Notes: generated by a model not told the origin, from the sequence alone. A stretch of 64,000 nt of DNA from an uncultured Spirochaetota bacterium (GCA_963783575.1 CAWAOD010000005.1:586189-650188); one strand, 5' to 3'; numbered from the stretch's first letter, positions 11,093-21,379 are shown. Program-made: numbers and translations.

Positions 11093-12037
11093 TCAATCCT
11101 CTATATTAAGCCTCAATTTTACGCGATCACCGGCCCTGATCCCGCCATGAATACGGTAAACTGTGCAAATCCAGTCTTCAATTGAAACACGGTATATGAT
11201 AAAATGACCTGCAAAACGCACTTCCTCGACAATGCCGGGTCCCATGTCATCTTTTTCTATGGTAAATGACTCGGCCCTGGCATAAATTTCCGACCGCTCT
11301 TTCAAATTGCTTTTATTAATTCCAAGGATATTATGAAGTTTTTCCGGTATGATATTTACATGTCCTAGAAAATCCGCCACTTCTAGGGACACGGGACGAT
11401 TATAGACTTCATAAACGGAATCATACTGGCAAAGCACTCCTCCTATCATAATACCAATCCTATCCGAAATCATAAAAGCTTCCTGAAGGTCATGCGTAAC
11501 AAGGAGAGTGGTGATTTTAAATTCCTTCTGAGTTTTCCGGATAAAATCCGCCATTTCGAACTTAAGGTTTTTATCCAGGTTGGCAAAAGGCTCATCTAAA
11601 AGTAAAAGCTCAGGGCTTAGCACCATAGCCCGGGCTATGGCAACCCGCTGCTTCTGCCCGGCAGAAAGCTCGGCAGGATATGAGCTTGATTTTTCAAAAA
11701 TTCCAAAATGCTTGAGGATCTCTTGCACCTTAATCCGAATATCTTTTTTGTTTTCATGCCGGGCACGAAGGCCGAACGAGATATTGTCAAATACGTTCAT
11801 GGTAGGGAAAAGAACATAGTCCTGAAAAACAAGTATCGCCGAAAAATTATTTTGTTTTTCAATGCTTCCGGCATCAGGATTTTCCAATCCCGCAATAATT
11901 TTAAGAAGCGTGGTTTTCCCTGCTCCCGAAGGGCCGATAATTGAAACCAGCTGTGCTTCATCTACGGCAAAACAAATATCTTTTAAAACGGACTTTCCAT
12001 TATACTGCTTGCAAAGTCCTTCTACTTTAAGAACCAT
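11093..12037 (-). CDS. ABC transporter ATP-binding protein (PotA/YnjD-like)
   Basis: GPSGAGKT Walker A, LSAGQKQR signature, LLLLDEP Walker B. Confidence 0.95.
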   Translation of the reverse strand: MVLKVEGLCKQYNGKSVLKDICFAVDEAQLVSIIGPSGAGKTTLLKIIAGLENPDAGSIEKQNNFSAILVFQDYVLFPTMNVFDNISFGLRARHENKKDIRIKVQEILKHFGIFEKSSSYPAELSAGQKQRVAIARAMVLSPELLLLDEPFANLDKNLKFEMADFIRKTQKEFKITTLLVTHDLQEAFMISDRIGIMIGGVLCQYDSVYEVYNRPVSLEVADFLGHVNIIPEKLHNILGINKSNLKERSEIYARAESFTIEKDDMGPGIVEEVRFAGHFIIYRVSIEDWICTVYRIHGGIRAGDRVKLRLNIED

Positions 12038-13020
12038 TCAGCCTCGCTTAAGTAAGACTTTATTTTCTTAAAAGTCGCTTCGTTTTTAATAGGCCTGGGA
12101 AGATGGACATATTCATAATACGCCATATAACACCAGGACATAGCCCTCAAAAGAATTACGCTTTCTGTCAATAATGTCCTCTCCTGTAAAATTTCAAGAC
12201 TGACACCAGGTAAAGCCCGTGAATGGTAACTTTTCAGGAAAAGCCTCTTTTCATCATCCGAAAAACGGTAATTTATTTTCCAGAGCGTTGTCGTTGCAAC
12301 AAGAAAATGAGCAAGATCCAGATATCGGTATGAAAACACCGCCTTTTCCCAGTCGACCAGGCAGCTTTTATTTTCCCCGATTATAAAATTATGAGAGTTT
12401 ACTTCCGTATTCACAACACATAAAGATTCACCCTCAAAAATTCGGCCCGGATCCTCAAACCTCTTAACCAGCCGGTCATGATAATTAAGAAGAAGGTTAT
12501 AAACACCGGGATATTCTACGGCCGGGTATTTTTCAAGCATCCTTATGCTCTCGGACATAACTTCATCAAAAGGATCACTCTGAATGATCAATTCTCCTTT
12601 CCTCAGGACGCCGTGGATTTTTGCGAAAATAAAAGCCGCCCGGTCAACGTCTTTTGTATAATCCAGGGGCCTTCCCTCAATATATTCCTCCAGTAATACG
12701 CCATTAAACACTATGCCATTGTTCATTGTTCCAATAACTGCTTCAGGGTTTTCAGTATTAAATTCTTTATCATAATAAAAGGCGCGAGGCGTCACGCCGG
12801 TTTCTTCAATGAGTTTTAATGTCTTAAACTCGTATTCAATCTGGCTTGAAAGTCCAAGCTGGCTTCCCTGGTTTATCCGGAAAACGTATATTCCCGATTT
12901 ATCAATGATGCGGTAATTAGTGTTGTACTCGCCGGAGGCTAAAAATTCCACATTCTGTATGGCCGATAGCCAGCCTTTCCTTTCGGCAAATTCTTTAATC
13001 GATTCCGGAATATCAGCCAT
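12022..13020 (-). CDS. Aminoglycoside phosphotransferase / choline kinase-like protein
   Basis: GEYNTNY, variant Brenner motif NTEVNSHNF, LVDWE, DLAHF. Confidence 0.8.
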   Translation of the reverse strand: MADIPESIKEFAERKGWLSAIQNVEFLASGEYNTNYRIIDKSGIYVFRINQGSQLGLSSQIEYEFKTLKLIEETGVTPRAFYYDKEFNTENPEAVIGTMNNGIVFNGVLLEEYIEGRPLDYTKDVDRAAFIFAKIHGVLRKGELIIQSDPFDEVMSESIRMLEKYPAVEYPGVYNLLLNYHDRLVKRFEDPGRIFEGESLCVVNTEVNSHNFIIGENKSCLVDWEKAVFSYRYLDLAHFLVATTTLWKINYRFSDDEKRLFLKSYHSRALPGVSLEILQERTLLTESVILLRAMSWCYMAYYEYVHLPRPIKNEATFKKIKSYLSEAEWFLK

Positions 13021-13147
13021 TTTTTATTATGCCTCACCTGAAATTTTCTTATTATAGTTTTCATAAAAATTAATTGCAAAATTTATTGATGTTCAATTAT
13101 TGAATGATTACTATTTAATATAGAATTGGCAATAAAGGAGGTATTTT

Positions 13148-13885
13148 ATGCCAAAAGATAAAGTTTCTTATTGGATTACATTACCGGGTTTTATTGTGGC
13201 TGTCATTTCCGCGCTTATCTCACTCATGGCGGGGATAGGAACGAGATTTGACTGGTGGTTTTTCCGAACGGGGCTCACTATCATCGCCGCTTCTGCATTT
13301 GTAGGAATAGCGGGCATTGTTATTTCACTCATAGGAATAATAGCCGTGATTTTTTTGAAAGTAAAAAAGGGTTTAACATATACGATCTTGGGGCTTGTTA
13401 TCAGCCTTTTAGTAGCTGGAGGTCCCTGGTCTATGATGAAAATCGCGAAATCTGTACCCCCCATTCATGACATTACCACAGACATGGCTAATCCTCCCCA
13501 GTTTTCGGCGGTATTAACTCTTCGGAAAAATGCCGTAAATCCGCCCGAATACGGGGGAGCAGTAATCGCGGCTCAGCAGGAAAAAGCCTACCCTGATATC
13601 AAACCATTGATTCTGAATATACCGGCGGACCAGGCTTTTGATAAGGCGCTGAAAACGGCCCAAAAGATGAAATGGAGTATTGTCTCGACAAACCGGGAGG
13701 GTGGGATTATTGAAGCGACAGCAACAACCTTCTGGATGGGCTTTAAGGACGATATTGTCATCCGGATCGCGGTAAAAGACACAGGCAGTCTCCTTGATAT
13801 CAGGTCCGAATCCCGTGTCGGAAAGGGAGATTTCGGTGCAAACGCGAAAAGGTTAAGGAGATTTTTAAAAGAAATGCAGAAATAG
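13148..13885 (+). CDS. DUF1499 domain membrane protein
   Basis: 3 TM helices, PPIHDITTD, GFKDD, DIRSESRVGKGDFGANAKR. Confidence 0.9.
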   Translation: MPKDKVSYWITLPGFIVAVISALISLMAGIGTRFDWWFFRTGLTIIAASAFVGIAGIVISLIGIIAVIFLKVKKGLTYTILGLVISLLVAGGPWSMMKIAKSVPPIHDITTDMANPPQFSAVLTLRKNAVNPPEYGGAVIAAQQEKAYPDIKPLILNIPADQAFDKALKTAQKMKWSIVSTNREGGIIEATATTFWMGFKDDIVIRIAVKDTGSLLDIRSESRVGKGDFGANAKRLRRFLKEMQK

Positions 13886-13904
13886 AAATCTTAAAGGATG
13901 TAAA

Positions 13905-14612
13905 ATGACGATTTCTGTTATCATTCCGGTTTATGGGGAAGAAGATAAAATCAATGAAATAATAAGCAGACTGAAGGAACAGGCGAATTATTCAGCCTGC
14001 GAAATTGAGGTAGTTTTTTGCAGAACGGATGAAGGAGTAGAACTTAGCGGGCTTGAATCAACCGGTTCACAAATGAAGATCAGGTTTGTTATGTCGGGAA
14101 AAGGCCGGGGGTTACAGATGAATACAGGAACGAAAGCCTCGGCAGGCGATGTTCTGCTTTTTCTGCATGCGGACAGCGTTCTGCCAGATAATGCGTTTGG
14201 AAAGATAAAATCTGCGCTTTCCGATACTGCGATATCCGGGGGTGCTTTCTCTCTCAGGATTGACGTAAAACATCTTTTTTTAAAAGCAGTATCCGCTGTT
14301 ACAAACCTTCGCTGCCGGTTAAACCGTATTCCTTACGGCGATCAGGCTTTTTTTATAAGAAAAGATATCTTTGATAAAATCGGCGGATTTAAAGAAATAC
14401 CGATCATGGAGGATGTGGAGCTTATGCGCCGTATCAGAAATGCAGGGTTAAAGATTGCAATACTGAAGGATAAAGTTACGACTTCTGCAAGGCGCTGGGA
14501 GAAAGAGGGCTTTTTTTACACAACAATACGCAACAGGTTTCTTTCGCTTCTTTATACGTTTGGAGTTAAGCCGGAAAAGCTTGCAAATTATTACAGGCCG
14601 CATTCGGATTAA
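13905..14612 (+). CDS. GT2 glycosyltransferase, TIGR04283 type (rSAM/selenodomain- and arsenosugar-associated transferase 2)
   Basis: GRGLQMN, LLFLHAD, PYGDQAFF, PIMEDVE, TSARRW. Confidence 0.9.
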   Translation: MTISVIIPVYGEEDKINEIISRLKEQANYSACEIEVVFCRTDEGVELSGLESTGSQMKIRFVMSGKGRGLQMNTGTKASAGDVLLFLHADSVLPDNAFGKIKSALSDTAISGGAFSLRIDVKHLFLKAVSAVTNLRCRLNRIPYGDQAFFIRKDIFDKIGGFKEIPIMEDVELMRRIRNAGLKIAILKDKVTTSARRWEKEGFFYTTIRNRFLSLLYTFGVKPEKLANYYRPHSD

Positions 14613-14622
14613 GGCAGGAATT

Positions 14623-15297
14623 ATGAAAGATAAAGGGATTATACTATTCCTGAAATATCCCGAAGCAGGAAAAGTCAAGACCCGGATAGGGGCCGAGCTT
14701 GGGGATGATTTTACGGTAGTTCTTTACAAAAAATTTGTGTCGGACATTTTAAAAAAGATTTCATCACTTGAGCCGGATTTGATTATTTATTTTACACCCA
14801 TGGAAAAGCAAAAAGAAATCGCTGATTGGCTCGGTTATTCCTTACCTGTTATTCCCCAGTCCGGGAATAATGTCGGTGAAAGGATGCGCAGCGCTTTCCG
14901 TGAGCAATTTATGGCTGGTTACAGCAGGCTGATCCTTATAGGAAGCGATATTCCCCATATTCCTTCAATATACCTGTTAAACGCATTGAATTTTCTGGAA
15001 AATAAGATCCCGGTTATCGGACCGGCTTCCGATGGGGGATATTACCTGATCGGGTTTAACCGTAATAATTTTCTGCCTTCCGTATTCGAGGGCATCAATT
15101 GGAGCACCGGTTCGGTCTTTACAGAAACTATTACGGCTTTTGAGAAATATGGGTTTAAACCCTCGGTTTTACCGGTATTGAGCGACATCGATACGGCGGA
15201 CGATTTAAGAAAAATCCTCCGTGAATATGAAATGTCGGAACTGCCCGAAACTTCTCGTTTCTGGAACCGGGAAAAAGGAAGAATTTATGGACCCTAA
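14623..15297 (+). CDS. TIGR04282/DUF2064-type transferase (rSAM/selenodomain- and arsenosugar-associated transferase 1)
   Basis: KYPEAGKVKTR, GERM, IGSDIP, GPASDGGYYLIG, DIDTADDL; start moved to ATG after AGGA. Confidence 0.9.
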   Translation: MKDKGIILFLKYPEAGKVKTRIGAELGDDFTVVLYKKFVSDILKKISSLEPDLIIYFTPMEKQKEIADWLGYSLPVIPQSGNNVGERMRSAFREQFMAGYSRLILIGSDIPHIPSIYLLNALNFLENKIPVIGPASDGGYYLIGFNRNNFLPSVFEGINWSTGSVFTETITAFEKYGFKPSVLPVLSDIDTADDLRKILREYEMSELPETSRFWNREKGRIYGP

Positions 15298-16084
15298 AAC
15301 TTTATCCGGTATTATCTCATTTTTTTCAGTATTTATTCTGGAAAGGTCTTTTCCGCATTATTCCGGAAGACTTCACCATTCGCGCCACACTTTGTATAAT
15401 CTCTCTATAACACTATTGAATGGAATCCTGGGCCGGTTTATTTTTTTGAGTGTGAATATCCTGATCTTCAGTTTTATTGGATTGAAGCGGGCCGGTTTAA
15501 TTTATTTATTTCCTCTGCCATATCTGCCGAGGGCGGCAATTGCGTTGCTCCTGTTTGATCTCTGGATGTACTTCTGGCACCTCGCCAATCACCGTATACC
15601 TTTATTCTGGCTTTTTCACCGCGCCCACCATAATGATCCAGAGATGGACGCCTCGACAAGCCTGCGCCTGCATCCGGTTGAGATATGCTTTTCATCGGTA
15701 ATCCGGCTGCCGGTTTTTTTGTTGATAGGTATGGATGTTTCAATGCTTGCCATTTATGAATCCGTACTCATGGTCTCTATTTTATTTCATCACAGTAATA
15801 TTTCATTACCGGTAAAGGCAGATAAGATTCTGAGGATTTTTATCGTTACACCGGATATGCACCGGATGCATCATTCTATTAATCCGGATGAAATAAACTC
15901 AAACTATTCGTCGATTATCTCCATCTGGGACAGAATATTCAATACTTTTACAAAATGGGGGAACACAAAAGCCATGCCGCTGGGGCTTCGTGTTTTCAGG
16001 GAGAAGAAGTGGCAGACACCCTTGGGAATCCTGGCGGTACCTTTTATGGGAGAAAATAACGGAGGGAACAATGGAAAAGAATGA
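15287..16084 (+). CDS. Sterol desaturase / fatty acid hydroxylase family protein
   Basis: His boxes HLANH, HRAHH, HHSN, HRMHH; NYSS...WDRIF. Confidence 0.9.
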   Translation: MDPKTLSGIISFFSVFILERSFPHYSGRLHHSRHTLYNLSITLLNGILGRFIFLSVNILIFSFIGLKRAGLIYLFPLPYLPRAAIALLLFDLWMYFWHLANHRIPLFWLFHRAHHNDPEMDASTSLRLHPVEICFSSVIRLPVFLLIGMDVSMLAIYESVLMVSILFHHSNISLPVKADKILRIFIVTPDMHRMHHSINPDEINSNYSSIISIWDRIFNTFTKWGNTKAMPLGLRVFREKKWQTPLGILAVPFMGENNGGNNGKE

Positions 16085-17561
16085 TTTTGATGTCATAGTA
16101 ATCGGGGGAGGGGCGGCGGGCATTTCTGCCGTAAAAACGGCCCACGGGTTTGGAAAAAAAACCGCGATAGTTGAGAACAAAAAACTCGGAGGGGAATGCA
16201 CATGGAACGGATGTGTTCCGAGTAAGGCGCTGATTCATGCTGCCGATAAAGCATTTTCCATCAAATCTGAGGCAATAATGGCTGGCAGGAATGTCTCCGA
16301 ATTTATATCCGCGGAGGGTTTAACCAAAGGAGGCATGGCCTCTGAAGAAAAGGTAAAAAAAGCCCTGAAATATGTGGAAAAAGTAATACAAAATGTCTAT
16401 TCCGAAGAAAATCCTGAAAGCTTTGAAAAAGCAGGAATCACCGTAATAAAGGGGAAAGCCGTTTTTATCGACAGCCGGACAATTTCAGTTGATGGAAAAA
16501 AGCTTAGGGCAGCCAGGTTCATAATTGCGGCGGGCTCTTCTCCATTTATACCTCCTGTTGAAGGTATAGATAAAGTCCCATATTATACCAATGAAAGCAT
16601 TTTTGAAATGACTGAAATACCTTCCTCGATGATAGTCCTTGGAGGCGGCCCGATAGGGATTGAGCTGGCGCAGGCTTTTGGCCGACTGGGCGTAAAAATA
16701 ACTGTCGTTGAGATGCTTGAGCGCATACTTTTCAGGGAAGATCCCGAACTTACCGGTCTTCTGGAATCACGCCTGCGTTCGGAAGGGATCACACTCCTGA
16801 CGGGAACGAAGGCTCTTAAATTTGAGCCGGGTGACGACGGTGTCTCATTGATCATTGAAAATAAACAGAAGGAAAAACAGATGATCTCAGGCCGGGCCGT
16901 ACTTGTGGCGGTGGGACGAAGGCCGAATATTGAAGGGCTTAATCCGGATAATGCACGTATAAAATTTACAAAACAGGGAATATTGGTAAACGCTTATCTC
17001 CAGACAAGCCAGCCTAATATTTATGCCTGCGGCGACATTGTCGGCCCGTATTATTTCAGCCATGTGGCCGGGTACCAGGGCATTACGGCCGGAATAAACG
17101 TTTCGATCCCCTTCCGCAGGAAGGCCGACTACAGCCAGGTTCTCTGGACTACTTATTCCGATCCTGAATTGGCAAGGGCCGGGTTGACTGAAGCCGAGGC
17201 TAAAGAAAAATTTGGAAAATCCGTTAGGGTATACAGGGTGCCTTACTCCAAACTCGACAGGGCTAAAACCGAAAGCAGGGAAGAAGGTCTTGCCAAATAC
17301 ATCCTCAATAAAAAAGGCAGGCTGATCGGGGCCCACATTTTTGGCCATCTTGCCGGTGAATTGATCCACGAGGCGCAATTGGCCCGCGTTTTGAAATTCA
17401 ATTTTACCCGCCTTCAATCCGTTATGCATGCCTACCCGTCTTATTCTGATATCATACGGCAGGCCTCTAGGGACGCTTACCTGTATAGAATCCGCAGCAA
17501 CCCGGTTGTAAAACTGGCAGTCCGGCTGGCAGGTCTCTTTTCCGCAAAAAAGGAGAAATAA
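16071..17561 (+). CDS. Class I pyridine nucleotide-disulfide oxidoreductase (LpdA/MerA-like)
   Basis: GGGAAG FAD motif, GGECTWNGCVPSK redox disulfide, GGGPIG, HAYPS; no MerA C-terminal Cys pair. Confidence 0.9.
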   Translation: MEKNDFDVIVIGGGAAGISAVKTAHGFGKKTAIVENKKLGGECTWNGCVPSKALIHAADKAFSIKSEAIMAGRNVSEFISAEGLTKGGMASEEKVKKALKYVEKVIQNVYSEENPESFEKAGITVIKGKAVFIDSRTISVDGKKLRAARFIIAAGSSPFIPPVEGIDKVPYYTNESIFEMTEIPSSMIVLGGGPIGIELAQAFGRLGVKITVVEMLERILFREDPELTGLLESRLRSEGITLLTGTKALKFEPGDDGVSLIIENKQKEKQMISGRAVLVAVGRRPNIEGLNPDNARIKFTKQGILVNAYLQTSQPNIYACGDIVGPYYFSHVAGYQGITAGINVSIPFRRKADYSQVLWTTYSDPELARAGLTEAEAKEKFGKSVRVYRVPYSKLDRAKTESREEGLAKYILNKKGRLIGAHIFGHLAGELIHEAQLARVLKFNFTRLQSVMHAYPSYSDIIRQASRDAYLYRIRSNPVVKLAVRLAGLFSAKKEK

Positions 17562-18257
17562 ATGAAACGCTGGGCAAAACCCCTGATCTTTTTCGGTATT
17601 TTAATTGTGATTTTTATCTTAATCCGTTTTACAAAAATCGGCGCTATCCTGACCTTTGAAAATCTAATGCATTCAAGAGAAGCTGTTAAAAATTTCGTTT
17701 CTTTTCACTACTTAATTTCGGTTTTAATTTTCATTGCCATATACATTATCGTAACGAGTTTTTCCATACCCGGCGCGCTTATTCTGACATTGTCCGGAGG
17801 ATTTCTTTTCAGCACCGTTCCCGGTGCTTTATTTGTGAATGTCGGAGCGACAATCGGGGCCTGCAACGCTTTTCTTGCCTCACGCTATTTTCTTGGGGAT
17901 TTTGTTCAGGAAAAATATGCTGATAAATTATCCGGTTTTAACTCAGAGATAAAGTCAAACGGGGCAGGCTATCTTCTGACATTACGTTTTATACCGGTTT
18001 TTCCATTCTTTCTTATCAATCTTCTTGCCGGATTGACAAAGGTCCGATTTTTTACATTTTTCTGGACAACATCGGCAGGCATTTTACCCGCTTCACTGGT
18101 CTATACTTACACGGGCAGCAACCTGGCCGAATTGAAATCGGTTTCAGGCATATTTTCATGGAAAATATTATCCGTTCTCATCCTGCTTGGGGTTTTCTCG
18201 ATACTTCCAGGTTTTTTAAAAAAGATTTTCCGAAAAAATAATTTAAGGAGTAATTGA
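17562..18257 (+). CDS. TVP38/TMEM64 (VTT/DedA superfamily) membrane protein
   Basis: PGALILTLSGG, GATIGA, LRFIPVFPFFLIN. Confidence 0.9.
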   Translation: MKRWAKPLIFFGILIVIFILIRFTKIGAILTFENLMHSREAVKNFVSFHYLISVLIFIAIYIIVTSFSIPGALILTLSGGFLFSTVPGALFVNVGATIGACNAFLASRYFLGDFVQEKYADKLSGFNSEIKSNGAGYLLTLRFIPVFPFFLINLLAGLTKVRFFTFFWTTSAGILPASLVYTYTGSNLAELKSVSGIFSWKILSVLILLGVFSILPGFLKKIFRKNNLRSN

Positions 18258-18267
18258 GGAGGTTTGT

Positions 18268-18717
18268 ATGCGTAAAATTTTGTTTAATATTTTAGTTGGG
18301 GTGGCGGTCACATCTCAAAGCCAGGGTAAGATAACCCTTGGTGTTGTTGACGGAAAACTTGCCCCCTGTCCTGCTTCACCGAACTGCGTTTCCACACAGG
18401 CCGATCCTTCGGACAAGGAGCATTATATTCAGCCTATACATTATGCAACAGCCCGTCAGCAGGCGAAAGAAACCCTTTTATCGGCAATTATGGAAATAAA
18501 AAAAGTCACCGTCATAACAAACACCGATGACTACATTTACGCTGAATTCCGGACGGCCCTGATGAATTTTACCGATGATGTGGAATTTTATTTTCCCGAG
18601 AATGAGCCTGTGATCTATTTCCGTTCCGCTTCCCGCATAGGTTACGGGGATATGGGCACAAACCGTAAAAGAATGGAAGATGTCAGGAAACGCTTCATGC
18701 AGAAAATAAAATTATAA
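18268..18717 (+). CDS. DUF1499 domain protein (short exported form)
   Basis: LAPCPASPNCVS, FTDDVEF, RSASRIGYGDMGTNRKR. Confidence 0.9.
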   Translation: MRKILFNILVGVAVTSQSQGKITLGVVDGKLAPCPASPNCVSTQADPSDKEHYIQPIHYATARQQAKETLLSAIMEIKKVTVITNTDDYIYAEFRTALMNFTDDVEFYFPENEPVIYFRSASRIGYGDMGTNRKRMEDVRKRFMQKIKL

Positions 18718-18783
18718 GAAAAAACTATCAGACACGTTTCTTTTTTATTATCTGATAATTGATGCTATTCAAAAAAATCTATT

Positions 18784-18821
18784 AATACACCACACTGTCA
18801 CTAAAAACAGTGTGGTGTATT
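18784..18821. terminator. Bidirectional intrinsic terminator
   Basis: 15-bp stem AATACACCACACTGT/ACAGTGTGGTGTATT between convergent genes, T-rich tail. Confidence 0.8.
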
Positions 18822-18851
18822 TTATTGTTTTTTTATACCTGAAGAAATATA

Positions 18852-19910
18852 TTATTTGCTGAACCTTGCCCTTTCATCAAGAGGCACAAGCAGTATTACA
18901 ATTCTCCTGTTCTGTGCCCTGCCTTCCTCAGTATCATTTGAAGCGATCGGGTTGTATTTCCCATACCCCGTCGCTTTCATAAGTGAAGGATTTACACCCT
19001 GCGATTCCAGGAACCGGACAATGGTCGTTGCCCTGGCTGTTGACAATTCCCAGTTGGATGGATATTTCCATTTATATTTATCCGCAATCGGCACATTGTC
19101 AGTGTATCCTTCCACCCTGATCTGTTTATCTGTGATGTTCTTCAAATCTTTTGAAATTCTCTGCAGTACTTTTTCTCCGTTTTTCTTGATATCGGCTCTC
19201 CCCGAATCAAAGAATATTTTATCGAGAAAATCGATGCTGAGCTGGTCGCTCAACTGTTTGATCTTGACATCGCCGTTAGCGATTTCATCTTTAAATTCCG
19301 CCGTTAGATTGCTTGATGTTGCTGTTAATCTTGCTATTTCGGCGTCCTTCTGCGCCGTGATATTGGAATTTTCAGTCGAAATGGATTCCAATCTTTTTTC
19401 CAGCCCTGCTATCTCATTGTCTTTTGAATTGATCTGATCCTGCAGGGCTTTCATCTTCTGATCGTTATCCTTCATGGTTGCATTCAGGCTGTCGATCTGT
19501 TTTCCGAGTACGCCTTTTTCGTTATTAACAGTGTTTTTCATACTTAAATAATCGTTACTCAGCTTTGATATTGTTTTCATTAAAGCATTATTCTGAACCT
19601 GCAGCGTGCCAAGCTGCTCCTTATCCAGATCCCTGTCTTTATTCAGGCTGTCAATTTCAGCAGCCGAATTGGAATAATCATCCTGAAGCTTGGCAAGCTG
19701 ATCTTTAAGCCCGGCGTTCTGAATCAGTGAATTAGAATAGTCGCTCTGAAGACCGGCAAGCTTCGAGCTCAGGTCCTTGTTCTGTGAGGCCAGGCTGGCG
19801 TTTTCTTCCTGCAGTTTTGCCGATTCATCAGGCTTCACAGCGGCCTTTGAACATCCTATAAATAGTATAAGTATTAAAGTTACAATAATAATATACAATG
19901 ATCTTATCAT
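18852..19910 (-). CDS. OmpA/MotB C-terminal domain lipoprotein with long coiled coil
   Basis: Lipobox FIGC; heptad-rich middle; FFDSG, VEGYTDN, NWELSTARA, NRRI. Confidence 0.9.
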   Translation of the reverse strand: MIRSLYIIIVTLILILFIGCSKAAVKPDESAKLQEENASLASQNKDLSSKLAGLQSDYSNSLIQNAGLKDQLAKLQDDYSNSAAEIDSLNKDRDLDKEQLGTLQVQNNALMKTISKLSNDYLSMKNTVNNEKGVLGKQIDSLNATMKDNDQKMKALQDQINSKDNEIAGLEKRLESISTENSNITAQKDAEIARLTATSSNLTAEFKDEIANGDVKIKQLSDQLSIDFLDKIFFDSGRADIKKNGEKVLQRISKDLKNITDKQIRVEGYTDNVPIADKYKWKYPSNWELSTARATTIVRFLESQGVNPSLMKATGYGKYNPIASNDTEEGRAQNRRIVILLVPLDERARFSK

Positions 19911-19993
19911 ATAAACCTCCTATGATAAAAATTTCATATAAAAATCATGTTTTGTTCATTATAATCTCATTTCCAAATTAAATATTGTTCCAA

Positions 19994-20836
19994 TTATTTA
20001 TTCTCGATCTCACTCAATTGATAAACCTCTTTATCAACTATTACAATCTGTATCCTTCTGTTCCTTGACTTTCCTTCATCTGTATCATTTGGAGCAATCG
20101 GCCTGTATTCACTGTAAGAGATTGCTGAAAGTCCGCTGGGATTCAGGCCCTCTTTTTCCTGCAGGTACCTTACAACATTAATAGCCCTTGCCGCGCCTAA
20201 TTCCCAGTTTGTAGGATATTTAGCCCTCAGTTCCGATCTTATCGGCACATTGTCAGTATGCCCTTCTATTCTTATGACCTTACCGGTCAGCTGTTTGAAA
20301 ACAGGGGCAATTTTATGAAGAAATGTTTCCCCGGCTGGTTTTATGACCGCTTCACCGGAATCAAAAAATATCTTTTCTTTAATGTAAACTGTAATAGCGT
20401 TATTTATCACATCAAGCTGGATATCTCCGGAGGCTATTTCATCCTTCATTTTATTTTTCAGGTCATTGTAAACAACATCTCCGCGGTAGGCTTTCTTCAT
20501 TAAAATATCTTTTTCCGCCTGATCCGCGTCTTTTAACCTTTTGATCTGGTCAATAAGAGAAGCATTAGCTTTTGACAACCTTTCCAGATCAGCGGCAGCA
20601 GCCCCTGACTTGGTAAGCCGGTCAAGCTCAGCCTGGCTGTTGCTCAGATCAGTTTCAAGTTTTTGAGTGTAAGCCTCGAGATCGGCGATCCTTTCCTGCG
20701 CCTTTGTGTCCTCATTTGCCGCAGGCGGATTTGCGGTTACAACCGGTTTAACCTCGGGTTTCTGCGTTCCGCATCCTGCGAATGTCAGTATTCCTATAAT
20801 ACCGGCAACTAGAACTAAATACTTCTTCATAATCAA
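19994..20836 (-). CDS. OmpA/MotB C-terminal domain lipoprotein
   Basis: Lipobox FAGC; IEGHTDN, NWELGAARA, NRRI. Confidence 0.9.
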   Translation of the reverse strand: MIMKKYLVLVAGIIGILTFAGCGTQKPEVKPVVTANPPAANEDTKAQERIADLEAYTQKLETDLSNSQAELDRLTKSGAAAADLERLSKANASLIDQIKRLKDADQAEKDILMKKAYRGDVVYNDLKNKMKDEIASGDIQLDVINNAITVYIKEKIFFDSGEAVIKPAGETFLHKIAPVFKQLTGKVIRIEGHTDNVPIRSELRAKYPTNWELGAARAINVVRYLQEKEGLNPSGLSAISYSEYRPIAPNDTDEGKSRNRRIQIVIVDKEVYQLSEIENK

Positions 20837-21026
20837 TTACCTCCAAATTATTTTTGTATTATTTGATTATATTCTTTATCAGTTTCCATAGATTACTGCC
20901 TTTCCAATAATCTATTTTTAATATTATTAAAAACTTGTCAGAAAGGCAAGTAAGTAATATGAAATATAATATATTTATCCATCCCTTAATATCTGATAAT
21001 AAATAATTGATAATCATAACAGCTCC

Positions 21027-21179
21027 TCAATGAATCAATACATTTCTTATAATATACAGTATTCCAATTATTCCTATTAAAAATAAAATTGAATTCAGCA
21101 GGAAATAATCTCGAAGAATCATAGCAATAGTTAATAAGAATACAGATAAGATTAAAATAATAATTTTATTCGGATTCAT
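21027..21179 (-). CDS. Small two-TM hypothetical protein
   Basis: MNPNKIIILILSV... two hydrophobic segments; AGG upstream; very AT-rich so may be spurious. Confidence 0.35.
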   Translation of the reverse strand: MNPNKIIILILSVFLLTIAMILRDYFLLNSILFLIGIIGILYIIRNVLIH

Positions 21180-21350
21180 CTTAAAAACCTTTTTTATTTT
21201 AATACGATAAAAAAAGTTAATTAAAAAGAAATAAATCGACATCAGGTTAAATCACTGAATTTTGAAAATTCAGTATCGGGAAAATTCACTTAATTTAATT
21301 TCAAACATCAGGGATTTCCTCTGATAGCAGTAGAAATTTATTATTATGAT

Positions 21351-21379
21351 TTGACGGAAATAATTACTATGCTTATAAT
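21351..21379 (+). promoter_or_regulatory. Sigma70-type promoter
   Basis: TTGACG-N17-TATAAT upstream of 21494. Confidence 0.6.

Noticed and set aside
16071..17561. Mercuric reductase (merA) call
   Set aside because: No N-terminal HMA domain, no C-terminal Cys-Cys pair, no merR/T/P nearby.
13905..18717. Selenocysteine read-through in the rSAM/selenodomain-associated cluster
   Set aside because: No in-frame TGA at a conserved Cys position was seen; the ORFs appear complete.
21245..21330. Riboswitch around the ACTGAATTTT-G-AAAATTCAGT palindrome
   Set aside because: Could not match c-di-GMP, c-di-AMP or SAM riboswitch cores by eye; an Rfam/Infernal scan would be needed.
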